A stretch of DNA of 64,000 nt from NCBI GenBank assembly GCA_010093815.1, contig ML996569.1, one strand, 5' to 3'. Numbering within the stretch: the stretch's first letter is position 1; the number at the start of each line of letters is the position of its first letter. The position numbers were made by a program, and so were the translations under genes. Positions 38,644 to 49,840 of this stretch are shown here, piece by piece. The notes beneath the pieces are model-generated. The model was not told the origin of the DNA, did no database searches, and was given only the letters and a program-made list of their open reading frames with translations. This DNA is from Pseudovirgaria hyperparasitica (taxonomy: Eukaryota).

Positions 38644-40916
38644 ATAATATTTGGTTTGTGTTTCATAGACGCCATCGAATAGGCTATTCTCAAAGCGAAT
38701 ACGGTATCAGGTCCCGATAGCGACCGTTGCGATCTTCCAGATTAGCTGTTTTTGCAGAGATGAGTTATGATGAGGCAAATGAGCTTGTTGCAATTAATGC
38801 AAGAATGGAAAAGCATTACAACCAGGTCGAAGAGTGACGTTGGCTACGATGATTCGAGCATTCAGTCGTCCATTTTCTTGATGATTCGAGCTATAGATAC
38901 TGGGACTGGTAGTCGAGACTGGCATTGCAACATTCTTGAACTAATCACGCGAAGCATTTGACTACCCACTTGAACCAAAATGCTCGTTCTGGCGATACCG
39001 TCCGTATTCGAAGCGAATGCTGGACTTACATACCTCAAATTCATGTTTTATACAAAATGACGCCCACTTTTATATCCTCGAGAATATGTGACCGTGATGA
39101 AGAAATGCGAGACCGTAATATCAGCAAGATGTATAACCAAGGCTTCCAGAGATATGCGGACGGAGAACGTACTGACACACAACTAGCCAGGTACTATGAG
39201 GCTATTTCTTCAATCATGTACCTGCCGATGCGGGTGTCAAGTGTTCGCTTTCCCTGTGCTTGAATCGCCGTGTGCTCTGGAGTGAGATAAGTGAAGGAAC
39301 GAAATGGGAATTGGAACAAAGTGGTATTATGCAATTGACGGGTTGTATGGAATGCATGGTGACCTAGATCAGGAAGGGCTCAACCAGACCACCTTATGAA
39401 CGCGGATAGATCTTGGTGGCTTTTTGTGCGAACGCTATCGAGGACAATCATAAGCAAAATTAGACATGCGTGAGTCTCGCGGGCAAACATTCGCTTTGTT
39501 GCCACAGGAGAGGGCCACCCACGCAACAGATACATCGGGTTCGCTAGATATATCCTCGATTCCTTTTCGATGTTGGCTCTCGTGGTCTACTTGGCGAACT
39601 GAACCGGTCTCTCTCATTCTCCCTCATCTTATGTATATTGGTCGGTCGTGTTGCAGTTACCGCAATTCTGCTGCTGTTGCATCTGTCATCTCTCAGTAAA
39701 GCTTAGCTGCGTCTTATTTGCGTTGTTTTTTGGTCTCTACTACCGATACTGGTATTCCTGTAACGAGACTTGTCACTCTTGTTGATATCCAAATGGTGAC
39801 CCGTCGTGTGGCATCCGGACGCAACCTTTTCCCAATTCCAGCAATATCCATTTAAGCTGAGAGCTCGCCAAGCTTGTGCTTCGCATGGTCTGTAGGGAAC
39901 TTGTCCGCGACGTTACAGTATAGCCCACCCGTGTTACCATACACGTCTGCCTTATATCTTTATGGCGAGATGTCCAGTGTTAGTTGTCTAGTTCAACCTT
40001 CAACTGACATGCTACGAGTACCTCAGAACGAACATCTCTCACAATGCAACCAGTGGTAACAACTCATGACGAGTCGGTGTTTTTTCTGTGCAAGCTCATC
40101 TGAGCCACGGGACAAGATTTCTTCCCGCGATCCTTTGGAAAATGAGACCGGTGGAAAACCTATAGCTATAGGTCCCCGAAGATCAGAGGTGATGCCGACG
40201 CTAATAATAATAACGCTGCTGCTGGCATATTTGAATGCCATCTTCACTGGCTCGCCCTCGGTCTAATGGGCAGCGCAATGGGACGTACCCTAATTCCTCG
40301 CTGCGTGCCATTTGTCATATTAAATGGTCTGGGATCTTAGGTTGTCCCATATAATCTGGTGTAACAACCTTTGGAAAGGATGGCTTTCCACTTGTGTTAG
40401 CAGTAATCTGTTTCCTCCACCAGATCGAAACTTACTGCTTACAAGAAACACAGTTCGATGATCAAGAAATGCGACCGACCCGTATTCATAAGCTAGGCTT
40501 GTCATCATAAACCTTGTTCATACCCTTTCCGCGGTATATAGTGATACATCAACCTCGCGCACGTTCCTCGCCTGGCATATTAAGTTAAAGTATGAATGTC
40601 CGTGGAAATCATTGCGCGTCTGGTCGCCGGTGGAACATCTCCTAGATGCCTAACTCAACACGAACTGGAACTCAATACAATGAAGAGCAACCCTTGCCAG
40701 CTGATACAATATCACACAAACAGCAAGTCTTATCCATCGGATCTTGAGACTGGCTGCGGGAGCGTCTGCCAAGTTGATCGTTGCACTTCGTTCTCCCTGA
40801 TGTCGCGTAAGATAAATTCATATGTACGCACAACATGGTCCCGATTGTCTGGTCATTGCGTATAGGTGTCAACCCAGTCAGATCTGCTGCATACCAGGTA
40901 TGATCCCATACCTTAT

Positions 40917-42062
40917 TCAAGTGGTCAAGACATCGGTATTGGTGTCCGATAGCCTCCACATGTACCACATGAAAAGGCTTCTGTACGGAGCGAACTTGGA
41001 GCTCATCTCTACCATCTCCTTCTCTGTCATGTACTTCCATTTCCCACCTTTCGTGCGAAGCTTATTAACATCTCGTCCTGCAAGTACTGCCATTCCTCTT
41101 TGTATGCCCAAGTCTCCAGTACTGAAAACATCCATGCGCTTCAGAGCAAATGTTGCGAACATCTCAGCACTCCATGGTCCGATACCGCGGACTGTAACAA
41201 GCATGTGCATGACTTCTTGATCTGTAGCCGAGACCAATTTCTGCGCACTGAGCTCGCCGCTGTTGAATTTCTCAGCAAGACCCTGGATGTACTCGGCCTT
41301 CCGTTGCGACAGCCCTGCAGTACGGAGCTTCTCGATTGAGGTCTTGGCTATAGCTTCCGGCGATGGAAAGTAGTCCTTGGGAGGATTGGCATCAAAGAGA
41401 AGGACGAATTTCTTGCGAATCGATGAGGCTGCTGCCCCAGAGACTTGCTGGCCAATGATACCACTTGCAAGGCTCATGAAAGGGTCAATCACCTCCTTCA
41501 GTCCATCTGGACTGAATATTTTGCAGTGATTACGTTCGATGATCGTTCTCAGTCTTGGGTCAATCTCAATCAGATGCTTGCAACCTTCTGCAAGCAGCGT
41601 TTCTGTTGAAGATGTCGGTGTCGGTAGAGGGACTGACCACTTCACTGGCGTCGTATTTGAGTAAGCAACAACTCGTGAACCACGGGGAGTCGAAAGGGGA
41701 GCATTCGCGGCGTGCGGATCGGCCGGTCGCGGTTGCAGGCTACTACTGCTTTGATTGACGGTGGGAAGAGCACCAGCGGCCATAAAATGCACATTTGACA
41801 GAGTTGGCGTAGGAGGTGGTGGCTTTGATGGTGACTCTTTCACAGTACGCCTACGTTTTGGATTGGGCGTTAATTCAGCTGCTAATTCCGACTTCACATA
41901 TCCAGTAGGTATACTTGAAGAGTCTTTACGCTTCTTGCTTGACGCAGCCTTCTTCATTGAGGCCCGATCAGTCTTCGACCTCAAGACTATGTCTTCTACG
42001 GGCAAGTCGTCCGCTGATTTGATCACATTCGTCGAGAGACGAGCTGAGCGACGAGTTGACAT
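40917..42062 (-). CDS. MAG1: DNA-3-methyladenine glycosylase (HhH-GPD, AlkA/Mag1 family)
   Basis: SGIIGQQVSGAAA, LRTAGLSQRKAEY, HhH VRGIGPWSAEMF, DVFSTGDLGIQRG, PYRSLFMWYMW; start chosen at MSTRRSAR (upstream ATGs to 42143 possible). Confidence 0.93.
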   Translation of the reverse strand: MSTRRSARLSTNVIKSADDLPVEDIVLRSKTDRASMKKAASSKKRKDSSSIPTGYVKSELAAELTPNPKRRRTVKESPSKPPPPTPTLSNVHFMAAGALPTVNQSSSSLQPRPADPHAANAPLSTPRGSRVVAYSNTTPVKWSVPLPTPTSSTETLLAEGCKHLIEIDPRLRTIIERNHCKIFSPDGLKEVIDPFMSLASGIIGQQVSGAAASSIRKKFVLLFDANPPKDYFPSPEAIAKTSIEKLRTAGLSQRKAEYIQGLAEKFNSGELSAQKLVSATDQEVMHMLVTVRGIGPWSAEMFATFALKRMDVFSTGDLGIQRGMAVLAGRDVNKLRTKGGKWKYMTEKEMVEMSSKFAPYRSLFMWYMWRLSDTNTDVLTT

Positions 42063-42765
42063 GGTTGCAGCACGAATCCGGAAATAGCCAGGGATTATTA
42101 AAGAGAGTTGTTGTAGAAGTTGATGAGGCATGCAGACGTTCATGCGACGAGAGAGACGCGGGACTCAGGAAGCTTGAGGCCGCCTGCAAGTAAGACGGGT
42201 ATGACGCACGCAATCACCAATGCACGGGTGTCGCGTTAAAAGCCGACATGGAAATCTAACACGGTCTCGCGAAATCACGTGACAGCGTTAGATACTCAAT
42301 CCAGCGTGGCATGTAACGGTATGCTTTAGGTATGAGCTATTTGTGTGGGCATTTTAAAAATACAGCTTGATATAAGTGCTGGCACTTATTGGTAGTCTTT
42401 ACGAACTAGCTGGCCATTCCTTTTCTCGATGAGATGTAATGCTCCTGTTCGAAATAATTACTCTTCATGACCGACACATGCCAGAGTCATCCAGAACACT
42501 GGTGCCTACTCCTACTTTCTACACCCAATAATTTGACAGTTTGTATGACCCACGTTTTCCCGTCCCATTGATGGGTAACGGACTCTTGCCGCGGACTGGC
42601 CTCGCGCTCGCGTGCTCAGTCGTGCCAATTAGGCGTGTGGGATTGAGGTCCTTGGCTGAACATATGCTAGACTCGTGATCTCCGCTCGATGTGATATTGC
42701 CCTGGACGCCCAGTAATTGTCCTCCAGACAGAGCTCGACTGTATTCATTGGGACGTTATCTTTTC

Positions 42766-43386
42766 TCAAGTAGGATCGGCCTCCTCAGCCTCTTCAGCCT
42801 CACGCTCGCGCTTCGCCTCCTCCTCTTCTTCCCTCTCACGCATATGCATCGCTTCTACCAAGACGTTCCCTTCCATTCCGACGTCTTCGTCTCCGTCCGC
42901 ACTTTTGACAGCTTTGGCCTTCTTCGAAGCCTCAATCCTTTCCTTTACCAGTCTTGCAATCGCGTTGTCGGTTCTTGTGTTCAGTACTTCGAGTTTTTTG
43001 TCCAGATCCCGCTTCAGGTCCCAGTTTGGCTTCTTCGGCTGGAGTTTGAAGAGATCGAGCGGTTGACCAGCCTGCTCCTCGGCCTCAGCCGCAGCTCTCG
43101 TTTGCTCTGCAAGCGCTGCAGCTTGTTGCTCCAACGTGATGTTGTCACCAGCAGGATTGAATTCAAATCCTAATTTTGGGCCTCGTATCTCGGGGTCGTA
43201 GTTCCGACCTGACAGATAGCTGCTTGTTGAGCTTAGTGCTCCTGACACAGTCCCAGTCAGAGCAGTTGAGGTCCCATCTTCGTCACCGCGCTCATCGCTA
43301 GGTTGCTTACGCTTCAAAGATCCTAATTTGGCTAGTCGGGCTTTTCGTTCTTGGGCAGCAGCGTCGAGTGTGGAGATCGACGACAT
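42766..43386 (-). CDS. cwf18: Pre-mRNA splicing factor Cwf18 (CCDC12 family)
   Basis: ERKARLAKL, LSGRNYDPE, DLFKLQPKKPNWDLKRDL, RTDNAIARLVKERI. Confidence 0.92.
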   Translation of the reverse strand: MSSISTLDAAAQERKARLAKLGSLKRKQPSDERGDEDGTSTALTGTVSGALSSTSSYLSGRNYDPEIRGPKLGFEFNPAGDNITLEQQAAALAEQTRAAAEAEEQAGQPLDLFKLQPKKPNWDLKRDLDKKLEVLNTRTDNAIARLVKERIEASKKAKAVKSADGDEDVGMEGNVLVEAMHMREREEEEEAKREREAEEAEEADPT

Positions 43387-43662
43387 TTTGCATCAAGGTT
43401 CGTCGAGTTTTGGCAGTGGAGGAGCTTGAATTAGGTCTAACATGACTGGAGAAGAGTTTCGTGCCGCGGTGCTCGCTGGCCCGTGCACGCGACTCGAAAG
43501 TTCAGCGCTTCAAAACCTCTGCTGCGTTACCTTTGAACACTGCAATGCGCTCGCGACGCAACATTCTAACCTCTATTCACAACATCTACCATGCTATAGT
43601 GATCGTGGTAGACTACTTTGTATATACACAAATGCGACACCGACCTTCTCTGTCCGTACCTC

Positions 43663-46269
43663 ATGCCCCGAGGTCCTGTTCCAGCAGTGTCCAGTCTTTG
43701 TGGCCATGACTTGCAGACTGTATCATTCCTTGCTCCCCGACTCACTTTGGGACGTCCATCGACTCCCAGATCTTCCATACGACGCAACATCGATAATTGT
43801 CAACACGAAAATGGTCCAATCCAGCCGCACCACCAGTCACAGCGGAATGCAGCTGCTTCAAGCTTCATTAATATTTCCACATTCATGCGCAGAACATTCT
43901 GTCGTTCTCTGACAAATGCTCCCGCGAGACGATACACACATTCTGATGTTTCTTCGAAGATCAGACGTACGTTCACTGGAGTATCGCCTATAGGCAATCA
44001 GAAGGCGACTGTGATGAAACGACGAGCTACTTTTGAAGAGGGGCTCAGGCCCGGACAATCACGAACTTCGATTCCATTCCTCTCGGATAGGCAACGCTTG
44101 TGGCGTGAATGCATTGAAATACTTTCGAAAGGAGGAACGACCGAAGAGCTGCGTCTCAAATACAATCTCAAGGACGGTTACAGCTGGAGATGGACTAAAG
44201 GATATGGGGCCTTGAATTCGATCTGGGATCCTTGGCCCCTGGACCGCCCATTCGTAACTTCTCCCGAATTCCACCCCAAGGTTAAGCAGTGGGTGCAGCT
44301 TCTGTGGGAAGGCGAGCCAGACCGTGAAACTTTTGCTGGGAGATGGCATACTTTGGTTGTAAATTGGAAAGCAGCTAACGGCTATAGCAATGCGGAAGTT
44401 GTCGAGCTCCTTTTGTGGCTGCTCTATGATGACATTCCGCGAGCAATGCAATTGCTCGAAATGTGGACCGCAAGCAATTCTAGAGCTCCCGCTCATGTCA
44501 TTGCGGATGCCATTTGGTACATCGCAAGAGTCGAAAGAGCTCGCCAAGTACAAGGCCATGCTCATGATGAGAGATTCATTCCGACGTTCTGGACACTATG
44601 GAAACAATGTCAACTTCTGCCTTATCGCATGCATCCCAACCTATTATTTCTTCTAGACTTATTGTCATCTGAGGAACAAGCTCAGAAACTTTATGATGGG
44701 CCGGATTCCAAATATATCCCTCAGTATCCCAATATGCAACTCAGGCTGGCGAAAGAACATGCGCTTCTCGGTCATGTTCCACAATGTATGGGTGCCCTGA
44801 AAAGGGCGTTTGACGCAGGTTTGGACAAACGAAACCCCTGGATTCTTCAATCCTGTTCGTTTGTAGTCAAACATCTTCCTCTGTCGTTGGAGGATCGATA
44901 CGAGTCCATTTCTGAAATTGTGGCTTTGCTCGAACAGTACGAGCTGAAGCACAATATAATGTATTATAATAACATCATGCTGCAGGCCATCCGGGCTGCA
45001 GAGAAAGCTCGAGGCCCTTTCGAAAGGTATCAGCAGAGCACTAATATCCCCGATGGTCTTGCAACGGCATTGGAAACTTTCAACATGATTAGGGACCACG
45101 GCATCGAACCAGATGATTGCACGTATGGCATTGTTCTCAGAGGGTGCAACCTGTCCGATCGCAAGGATCTTCACGACGGCATAGTACAAGTCTGTGCGAA
45201 AGAGGCTCGAAAGTCGGGTAACGTGCAGACTGCTATCGAGTACTTTCACTACCTTTTTCGATATCACAGGATCTGGAAAACTCCCGGGATTTTCAAAGTC
45301 CTGGTGGAAGAATATCGTAAATTCTTCCACTTGTCCCCACTTAAAACTCTCGGCTTCATCGGCGACAAAGAATATGAGAACACGCAGGACCAACAAGCGC
45401 CCAAACCTGTCATCTTGATAATGCTTCTTGCGCGCCTTGGTGAGACCGCAAATGACCCATCTGCTGAAAAATGGCTTTACAGTCGCTACCTCGACTTCCG
45501 CGCCGCCATCACCACTGCAAACCAGGATCTTGCCCCCCTGATCGAAACACCACACGCACACAACGCGTACATGCATGCCTGGTGCCGCCACCCAGGCCTC
45601 CTCAAACAAGCCCCATCCATCATCCAAGACATGTCTGCCGAGATCCCGTCTGCCAACCTATACATAAAAAGCCTAGGCCGCCACTTGCGCCCTGCAAAAG
45701 CAGACATCGTCAGCTGGAACATACTCATCAACGGCTTTATGCAACACGGCCAGCCCGCCGTTGCAGAGAAACTGAGAGAGATGATCAAGGACCGTGGCTT
45801 GGAGCCTACGGCCGTGACCTGGAGCACGCTTGCGACAGGCTACGCGGCGCTGCAAAACGCAGAGGCCGCGGCGCACATGCTTCGGCTGGGCGAGGCCGAT
45901 GACAAGTTGGACAATGAGCATATGTCGTTTGCGCTGTGGCTTGTCATGAAGAAAATTCGTGATCGTCCGGCGCTTATGAAAGCGTTGGACAATACTGCGA
46001 CCCAGAAGCCGAGACCTGTCCTAGATATGAGCAGCGTGCAGATATCGGTGCCTTCTGAATGTGTGGAAGGAGACAAGAACCTAGGTGACGAAAAACCAAG
46101 TGATCAGCGACCAAGTGACAAAAATCTAGATGACGAGGGATATCATGTTGAAGACTTCGCTGAGGTTGCCGGGACTTACTTTAACAGGCATGATAGCTTG
46201 TCGACAGGTGAACATCAGGAAGCGTTTGAGTCGGACGTGTCAGTGCCGAGATCATTTGATAGTGTATAA
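43663..46269 (+). CDS. Pentatricopeptide-repeat protein, probably mitochondrial
   Basis: PPR-like motifs (YYNNIM..., FNMIRDHGIEPDDCTYGIVL, DIVSWNILINGFMQHGQ...MIKDRGLEPTAVTWSTL); Arg/Ser-rich N-terminus; start at first ATG is inferred. Confidence 0.85.
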   Translation: MPRGPVPAVSSLCGHDLQTVSFLAPRLTLGRPSTPRSSIRRNIDNCQHENGPIQPHHQSQRNAAASSFINISTFMRRTFCRSLTNAPARRYTHSDVSSKIRRTFTGVSPIGNQKATVMKRRATFEEGLRPGQSRTSIPFLSDRQRLWRECIEILSKGGTTEELRLKYNLKDGYSWRWTKGYGALNSIWDPWPLDRPFVTSPEFHPKVKQWVQLLWEGEPDRETFAGRWHTLVVNWKAANGYSNAEVVELLLWLLYDDIPRAMQLLEMWTASNSRAPAHVIADAIWYIARVERARQVQGHAHDERFIPTFWTLWKQCQLLPYRMHPNLLFLLDLLSSEEQAQKLYDGPDSKYIPQYPNMQLRLAKEHALLGHVPQCMGALKRAFDAGLDKRNPWILQSCSFVVKHLPLSLEDRYESISEIVALLEQYELKHNIMYYNNIMLQAIRAAEKARGPFERYQQSTNIPDGLATALETFNMIRDHGIEPDDCTYGIVLRGCNLSDRKDLHDGIVQVCAKEARKSGNVQTAIEYFHYLFRYHRIWKTPGIFKVLVEEYRKFFHLSPLKTLGFIGDKEYENTQDQQAPKPVILIMLLARLGETANDPSAEKWLYSRYLDFRAAITTANQDLAPLIETPHAHNAYMHAWCRHPGLLKQAPSIIQDMSAEIPSANLYIKSLGRHLRPAKADIVSWNILINGFMQHGQPAVAEKLREMIKDRGLEPTAVTWSTLATGYAALQNAEAAAHMLRLGEADDKLDNEHMSFALWLVMKKIRDRPALMKALDNTATQKPRPVLDMSSVQISVPSECVEGDKNLGDEKPSDQRPSDKNLDDEGYHVEDFAEVAGTYFNRHDSLSTGEHQEAFESDVSVPRSFDSV

Positions 46270-46332
46270 TAGTATATGTGTACAGCGGACATAGACACAC
46301 TTTTGTCAAATATGAATCACACCTGAATTATC

Positions 46333-48537
46333 TCATAGCCTGAACGCCCCCGCAGTCCGCCTCGTATCATTGCCCTTGACCTGGCTCCCATCCACGTTAG
46401 TCAGTTCACCTTTCTTCCCAATAATCTTGACGCCACCCCTCTTCAGAGCTCCTACGACCTCCTTCTCCTGCTCCTTCTTTCCTGCTTTCTTCACAACCTC
46501 CTTCCCGTCCCGCCCTACCATGACAACCGCCTCATTCGCCTTTTCCTTCTTCGCCCTCTCCTTCGCCCGCCTCCGCCGCCTTGCCTTGTCTTCCCGTTCC
46601 ATCTCCTCTTGTGCAACAGGCATCCCGCCCCGCGTGACAATCTCGCCACCAATCTTCTCCTGCCCAGGCTTGTAGACTTCCTGTGGTGCGAGCTGACTTG
46701 CGGAGCCCATGTCCGTACCTGCCGTCGGCCGCGCGTCTTCCAAGGATAGCGCAGGCGCGTCGACACGGATCTCGAGCGAGGGAGCGGCGGGCTTGGGCCG
46801 GTAGTGGTAGCTACACAGAGCATCCAGGCTGCGACTTACACTATTCCATAGATTGCTGATCTCGTCATGTGCAGCTTCGATTTTTGCATCGGCGGCGGAT
46901 ACATATGCCGGGTCTGTCTTGGCGAGATGTTCTTCCTCGTAGATTTCGCCGAGGCCTTTTGCGCTCTTTGTGTCCGGAAGATCCACCAGTCCTCGGCGTT
47001 TGGGGCCTGTAGCGAGGTCATCGGGTCTGCGACGTATGAGTTCGTCGAATTCTGAGGATAGGATGCGGCGCTTGATCAGCGCCTCAATATCTTCAGATAC
47101 TTCGGCGGTGATTACGGGCACGGGCTTGCCAGCTCGCTCGAAGTCGAGATCTTCTTCGAGTAGGGAATTTATTGGGCGATCAGTCGCACGAGCTTCACCT
47201 GACAGTGTCCAGGAACGTTTTGCGACGTTTTCGGCTTCCAGTTTGCGAATTTCTTCGGCGATTTTAGCTTGCCGTCGCTCATGGGTGGAACGGCGTGATA
47301 CTGGGTCGCCAGGATCCAGCTCTTCGAGCTCCGATTCTTCGCCTTCGTCGTCTTCATCTGAGAAGAGATCACGATGAACATCGGCCATAGCGCGTTCGAT
47401 ATCAGCTTGATCATTCTCTGCTGTCGTACCATCCGTGATAGAGCCAGCCCCCTCCTTGGCAGGGAAATTGTGCGGATTTGGCCGACCACGTTTTTTCTTG
47501 TTTTTGCCCCCTTTCTTGGAGGCCGGAGGAGCAAAGAAATCGGCATACAGGATATTATTAGCATTAGTAAGACCATTAATGTCTCCTGCATCCATATCCT
47601 CATCATCGTCGTCCATATCGCTTGCTCCTTCAGGAGCATCAAGGTTCATGTTACCGAAAGCTGGAGCACCCTCGTCTTCGTCGTCCCCGTCATCGTCAAG
47701 TTTCATAACACCATTCGTAAGAGACACGTTCCCTCCAGCAAGCGGGTCAGCAAAGAAATCGATCTCTTCGTCCTCGTCGTCTTCTTGTGGATTTTGCTGT
47801 TCCATGAGTTGTGACTGCTTATTGAAAGTGTCTATCGAAAAGAAGCCATCGTTCAGTCCAAATTTGTCCGATACAAATTCTTCCGCTGGTGTGTCATCTA
47901 CGTCTTCTTCGTCTGATAGACCGTTCTCGAGTCCTTCCATTCCGTCCATGTTTTCCTCGTCGCTTTCGTTGGAACCATCGATTAGATCTCCAGCATCCGA
48001 GGCAAGGACTTCTTCCTCCTGTTCCTGTTCACCATCCCCAAGCTCGTCAATAAAATCCTCGCGATCAGAACCATCTTCTTCGCCATCATCATCCTGATCT
48101 TCTGAAACTGAATTTACCGCCCCATCGGCGTCCAAATTCTGCTCAGCCAACGCCCTGACAACCTCCTCCTGTGTAGCATCGATGACCCTCCTCGCCTGCT
48201 CCCACACTTGCTCACACTTAAATCCCTCCACATATACCTTTTTCATCCGCAACATATCCTCTGTACTACCATTCTCGCCCCTCTTCCTCTTTTTACGCAT
48301 CTCATTCTGGCGTTGCTCTTGCGCCGCAGTAACACCTGAAGCTAGTGGATCAAGCAATTGCTTCGCGAGCGCAAGTGCAGACGCGTGTAAATTTTTGTGC
48401 GGCTGTAGGAATTCAAGAGGTTGCTGGGAGAGAGTGGTGAGCAGTACATCGGCGAGCGGGCTACGGATGTCCATGGTTGCGGCAGACAGGGTGTGGGAGG
48501 ATGTTGATGTGGGCGGGGAAAAGGATGGGGCCGGCAT
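46333..48537 (-). CDS. MPP10: U3 snoRNP protein Mpp10
   Basis: GF..EQVWEQ, acidic tract, LNDGFFSID, WTLSGEARATDRPINSLLEEDLDFERAGKPVPVIT, LDALCSYHYRPKP, LAPQEVY. Confidence 0.96.
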   Translation of the reverse strand: MPAPSFSPPTSTSSHTLSAATMDIRSPLADVLLTTLSQQPLEFLQPHKNLHASALALAKQLLDPLASGVTAAQEQRQNEMRKKRKRGENGSTEDMLRMKKVYVEGFKCEQVWEQARRVIDATQEEVVRALAEQNLDADGAVNSVSEDQDDDGEEDGSDREDFIDELGDGEQEQEEEVLASDAGDLIDGSNESDEENMDGMEGLENGLSDEEDVDDTPAEEFVSDKFGLNDGFFSIDTFNKQSQLMEQQNPQEDDEDEEIDFFADPLAGGNVSLTNGVMKLDDDGDDEDEGAPAFGNMNLDAPEGASDMDDDDEDMDAGDINGLTNANNILYADFFAPPASKKGGKNKKKRGRPNPHNFPAKEGAGSITDGTTAENDQADIERAMADVHRDLFSDEDDEGEESELEELDPGDPVSRRSTHERRQAKIAEEIRKLEAENVAKRSWTLSGEARATDRPINSLLEEDLDFERAGKPVPVITAEVSEDIEALIKRRILSSEFDELIRRRPDDLATGPKRRGLVDLPDTKSAKGLGEIYEEEHLAKTDPAYVSAADAKIEAAHDEISNLWNSVSRSLDALCSYHYRPKPAAPSLEIRVDAPALSLEDARPTAGTDMGSASQLAPQEVYKPGQEKIGGEIVTRGGMPVAQEEMEREDKARRRRRAKERAKKEKANEAVVMVGRDGKEVVKKAGKKEQEKEVVGALKRGGVKIIGKKGELTNVDGSQVKGNDTRRTAGAFRL

Positions 48538-48903
48538 GAGTTTTGTAGATTACAGAGCCCAGCTATGTGCAAGCTGAGCAATTTCTCGAAAGTGTCCCGG
48601 TCGTAAAATTCGTCGAAAGTGTATTGTATTAACATGTAGACGAGCTGGGAAAAAGTTCATGGCGGAAATTTTGAAGTACCGCCGAGAAATGCCCGTGCGC
48701 CGCCCAAGAGCTCAGTCGTCCTCGACGGCGATGGATAGCCGCACTTTATTCTACAGCTCCATATACGACTTTGACCTGCTCTACTTGATGACCCGCATAG
48801 CCACCAGCGTCTGGTTGCTCGCATAGAGACAATTGGCCAAAAGTATTGCCGCTTACTGCACCCTAAATCGAGCATCGAAGGGAAAAGACCCTTCTCTCAC
48901 GCT

Positions 48904-49334
48904 ATGGGCTTCACAACAGGCTTCGTACGTTCATGTCCCTCAAACCTCGAGAAGATCGAGGTCTAACCATAGTTGTATAGCTCGGTGGTGTAACCCTCAC
49001 GACCTCAATTCTTTATCTCGCGTCCGCGCTTCATACACAGACCCGCGCGCGCCAACGCGAACTTCTCCGGCAGCAACGCCTTGTACTCTACAACATTGTC
49101 GACCCACAACCCGAAATTGAACTACCCACGCGGCGAGAAGTCCAGGTAGGTGTCGTGGAACAAGCGAAGGACGGTTGGAACCGCGAACTGGAGAAGGCCG
49201 TGCGGTGGGCACAAGAGAAAGACTGGGCACTACTCAGACAGGGGCTCGAGGAGGATGTGGCTCGATTATGGAGCAGGGTGAAGGCGAGTACGGAGAAGAA
49301 GGCGGGTGAGGTCGTGGAGAAGGCTACGAAGTGA
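48904..49334 (+). CDS. MIC12: MICOS subunit Mic12-like protein (2 exons, 124 aa)
   Basis: Exon 1 48904-48924 MGFTTGF; intron 48925-48980 (GTACGT...CTAAC...TAG); exon 2 LGGVTLTTSILYLASALH...AKDGWNRELEKAVRWAQEKDW...; absent from the ORF track. Confidence 0.85.
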
Positions 49335-49840
49335 GGATGAAAGGGGCAGTGGATTCTCGCAACTTTACAATTAGGGGTCAGCAATGCAGTGAAGTCTTCA
49401 CAAATTTAGCTATACATCATTATCTGCACAAGTGTCTTCATCATTGCTTAACATGCAATTATAGTATTCATCACAGCTATAACCAGGTCACACATGGCGA
49501 TATGCAGAATCACTTAGGTAGGTGTGCAGGAGATGGAATAAATGACGCAGTACGAATTGCATATGTAGTTTTTCCCGGGTATCGATATCCATGGAATGAT
49601 TCGCAATCGTGCATGAAGAAAAGTGAAGAAAACTCGTATCAACTAACTAAGGGTAGCCCGGGTAATTTACCCATTCTAACCACACGAGGCCAGTTCCGGT
49701 GTCATCAGCGCCAGAAATGCAGCGAAATCGAGTTACTTTTGGGCCATGCGATGGATGCTGTCCCAGTCCCGGACGCCGTGTATTGACAACTCCATTAATA
49801 ATCTACTCATGTGGTAGTCCAATTCGAAAGCATCAGACGC

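Noticed and set aside
38700..40900. Cluster of short ORFs between the phosphatase and MAG1
   Set aside because: No motifs or coherent exon structure found; treated as intergenic, though a small spliced gene cannot be excluded
42561..42755. Possible structured ncRNA downstream of cwf18 (CGTCCCATTGA...TCATTGGGACG terminal stem, internal GACTG...CAGTC hairpin)
   Set aside because: No C/D or H/ACA boxes and no RNase P/MRP, SRP, snRNA or TPP-riboswitch motifs that I can recognise; such stems arise by chance. An Infernal/Rfam scan would settle it
44665..48097. Long opposite-strand ORFs over the PPR and MPP10 genes
   Set aside because: Shadow frames of well-supported genes
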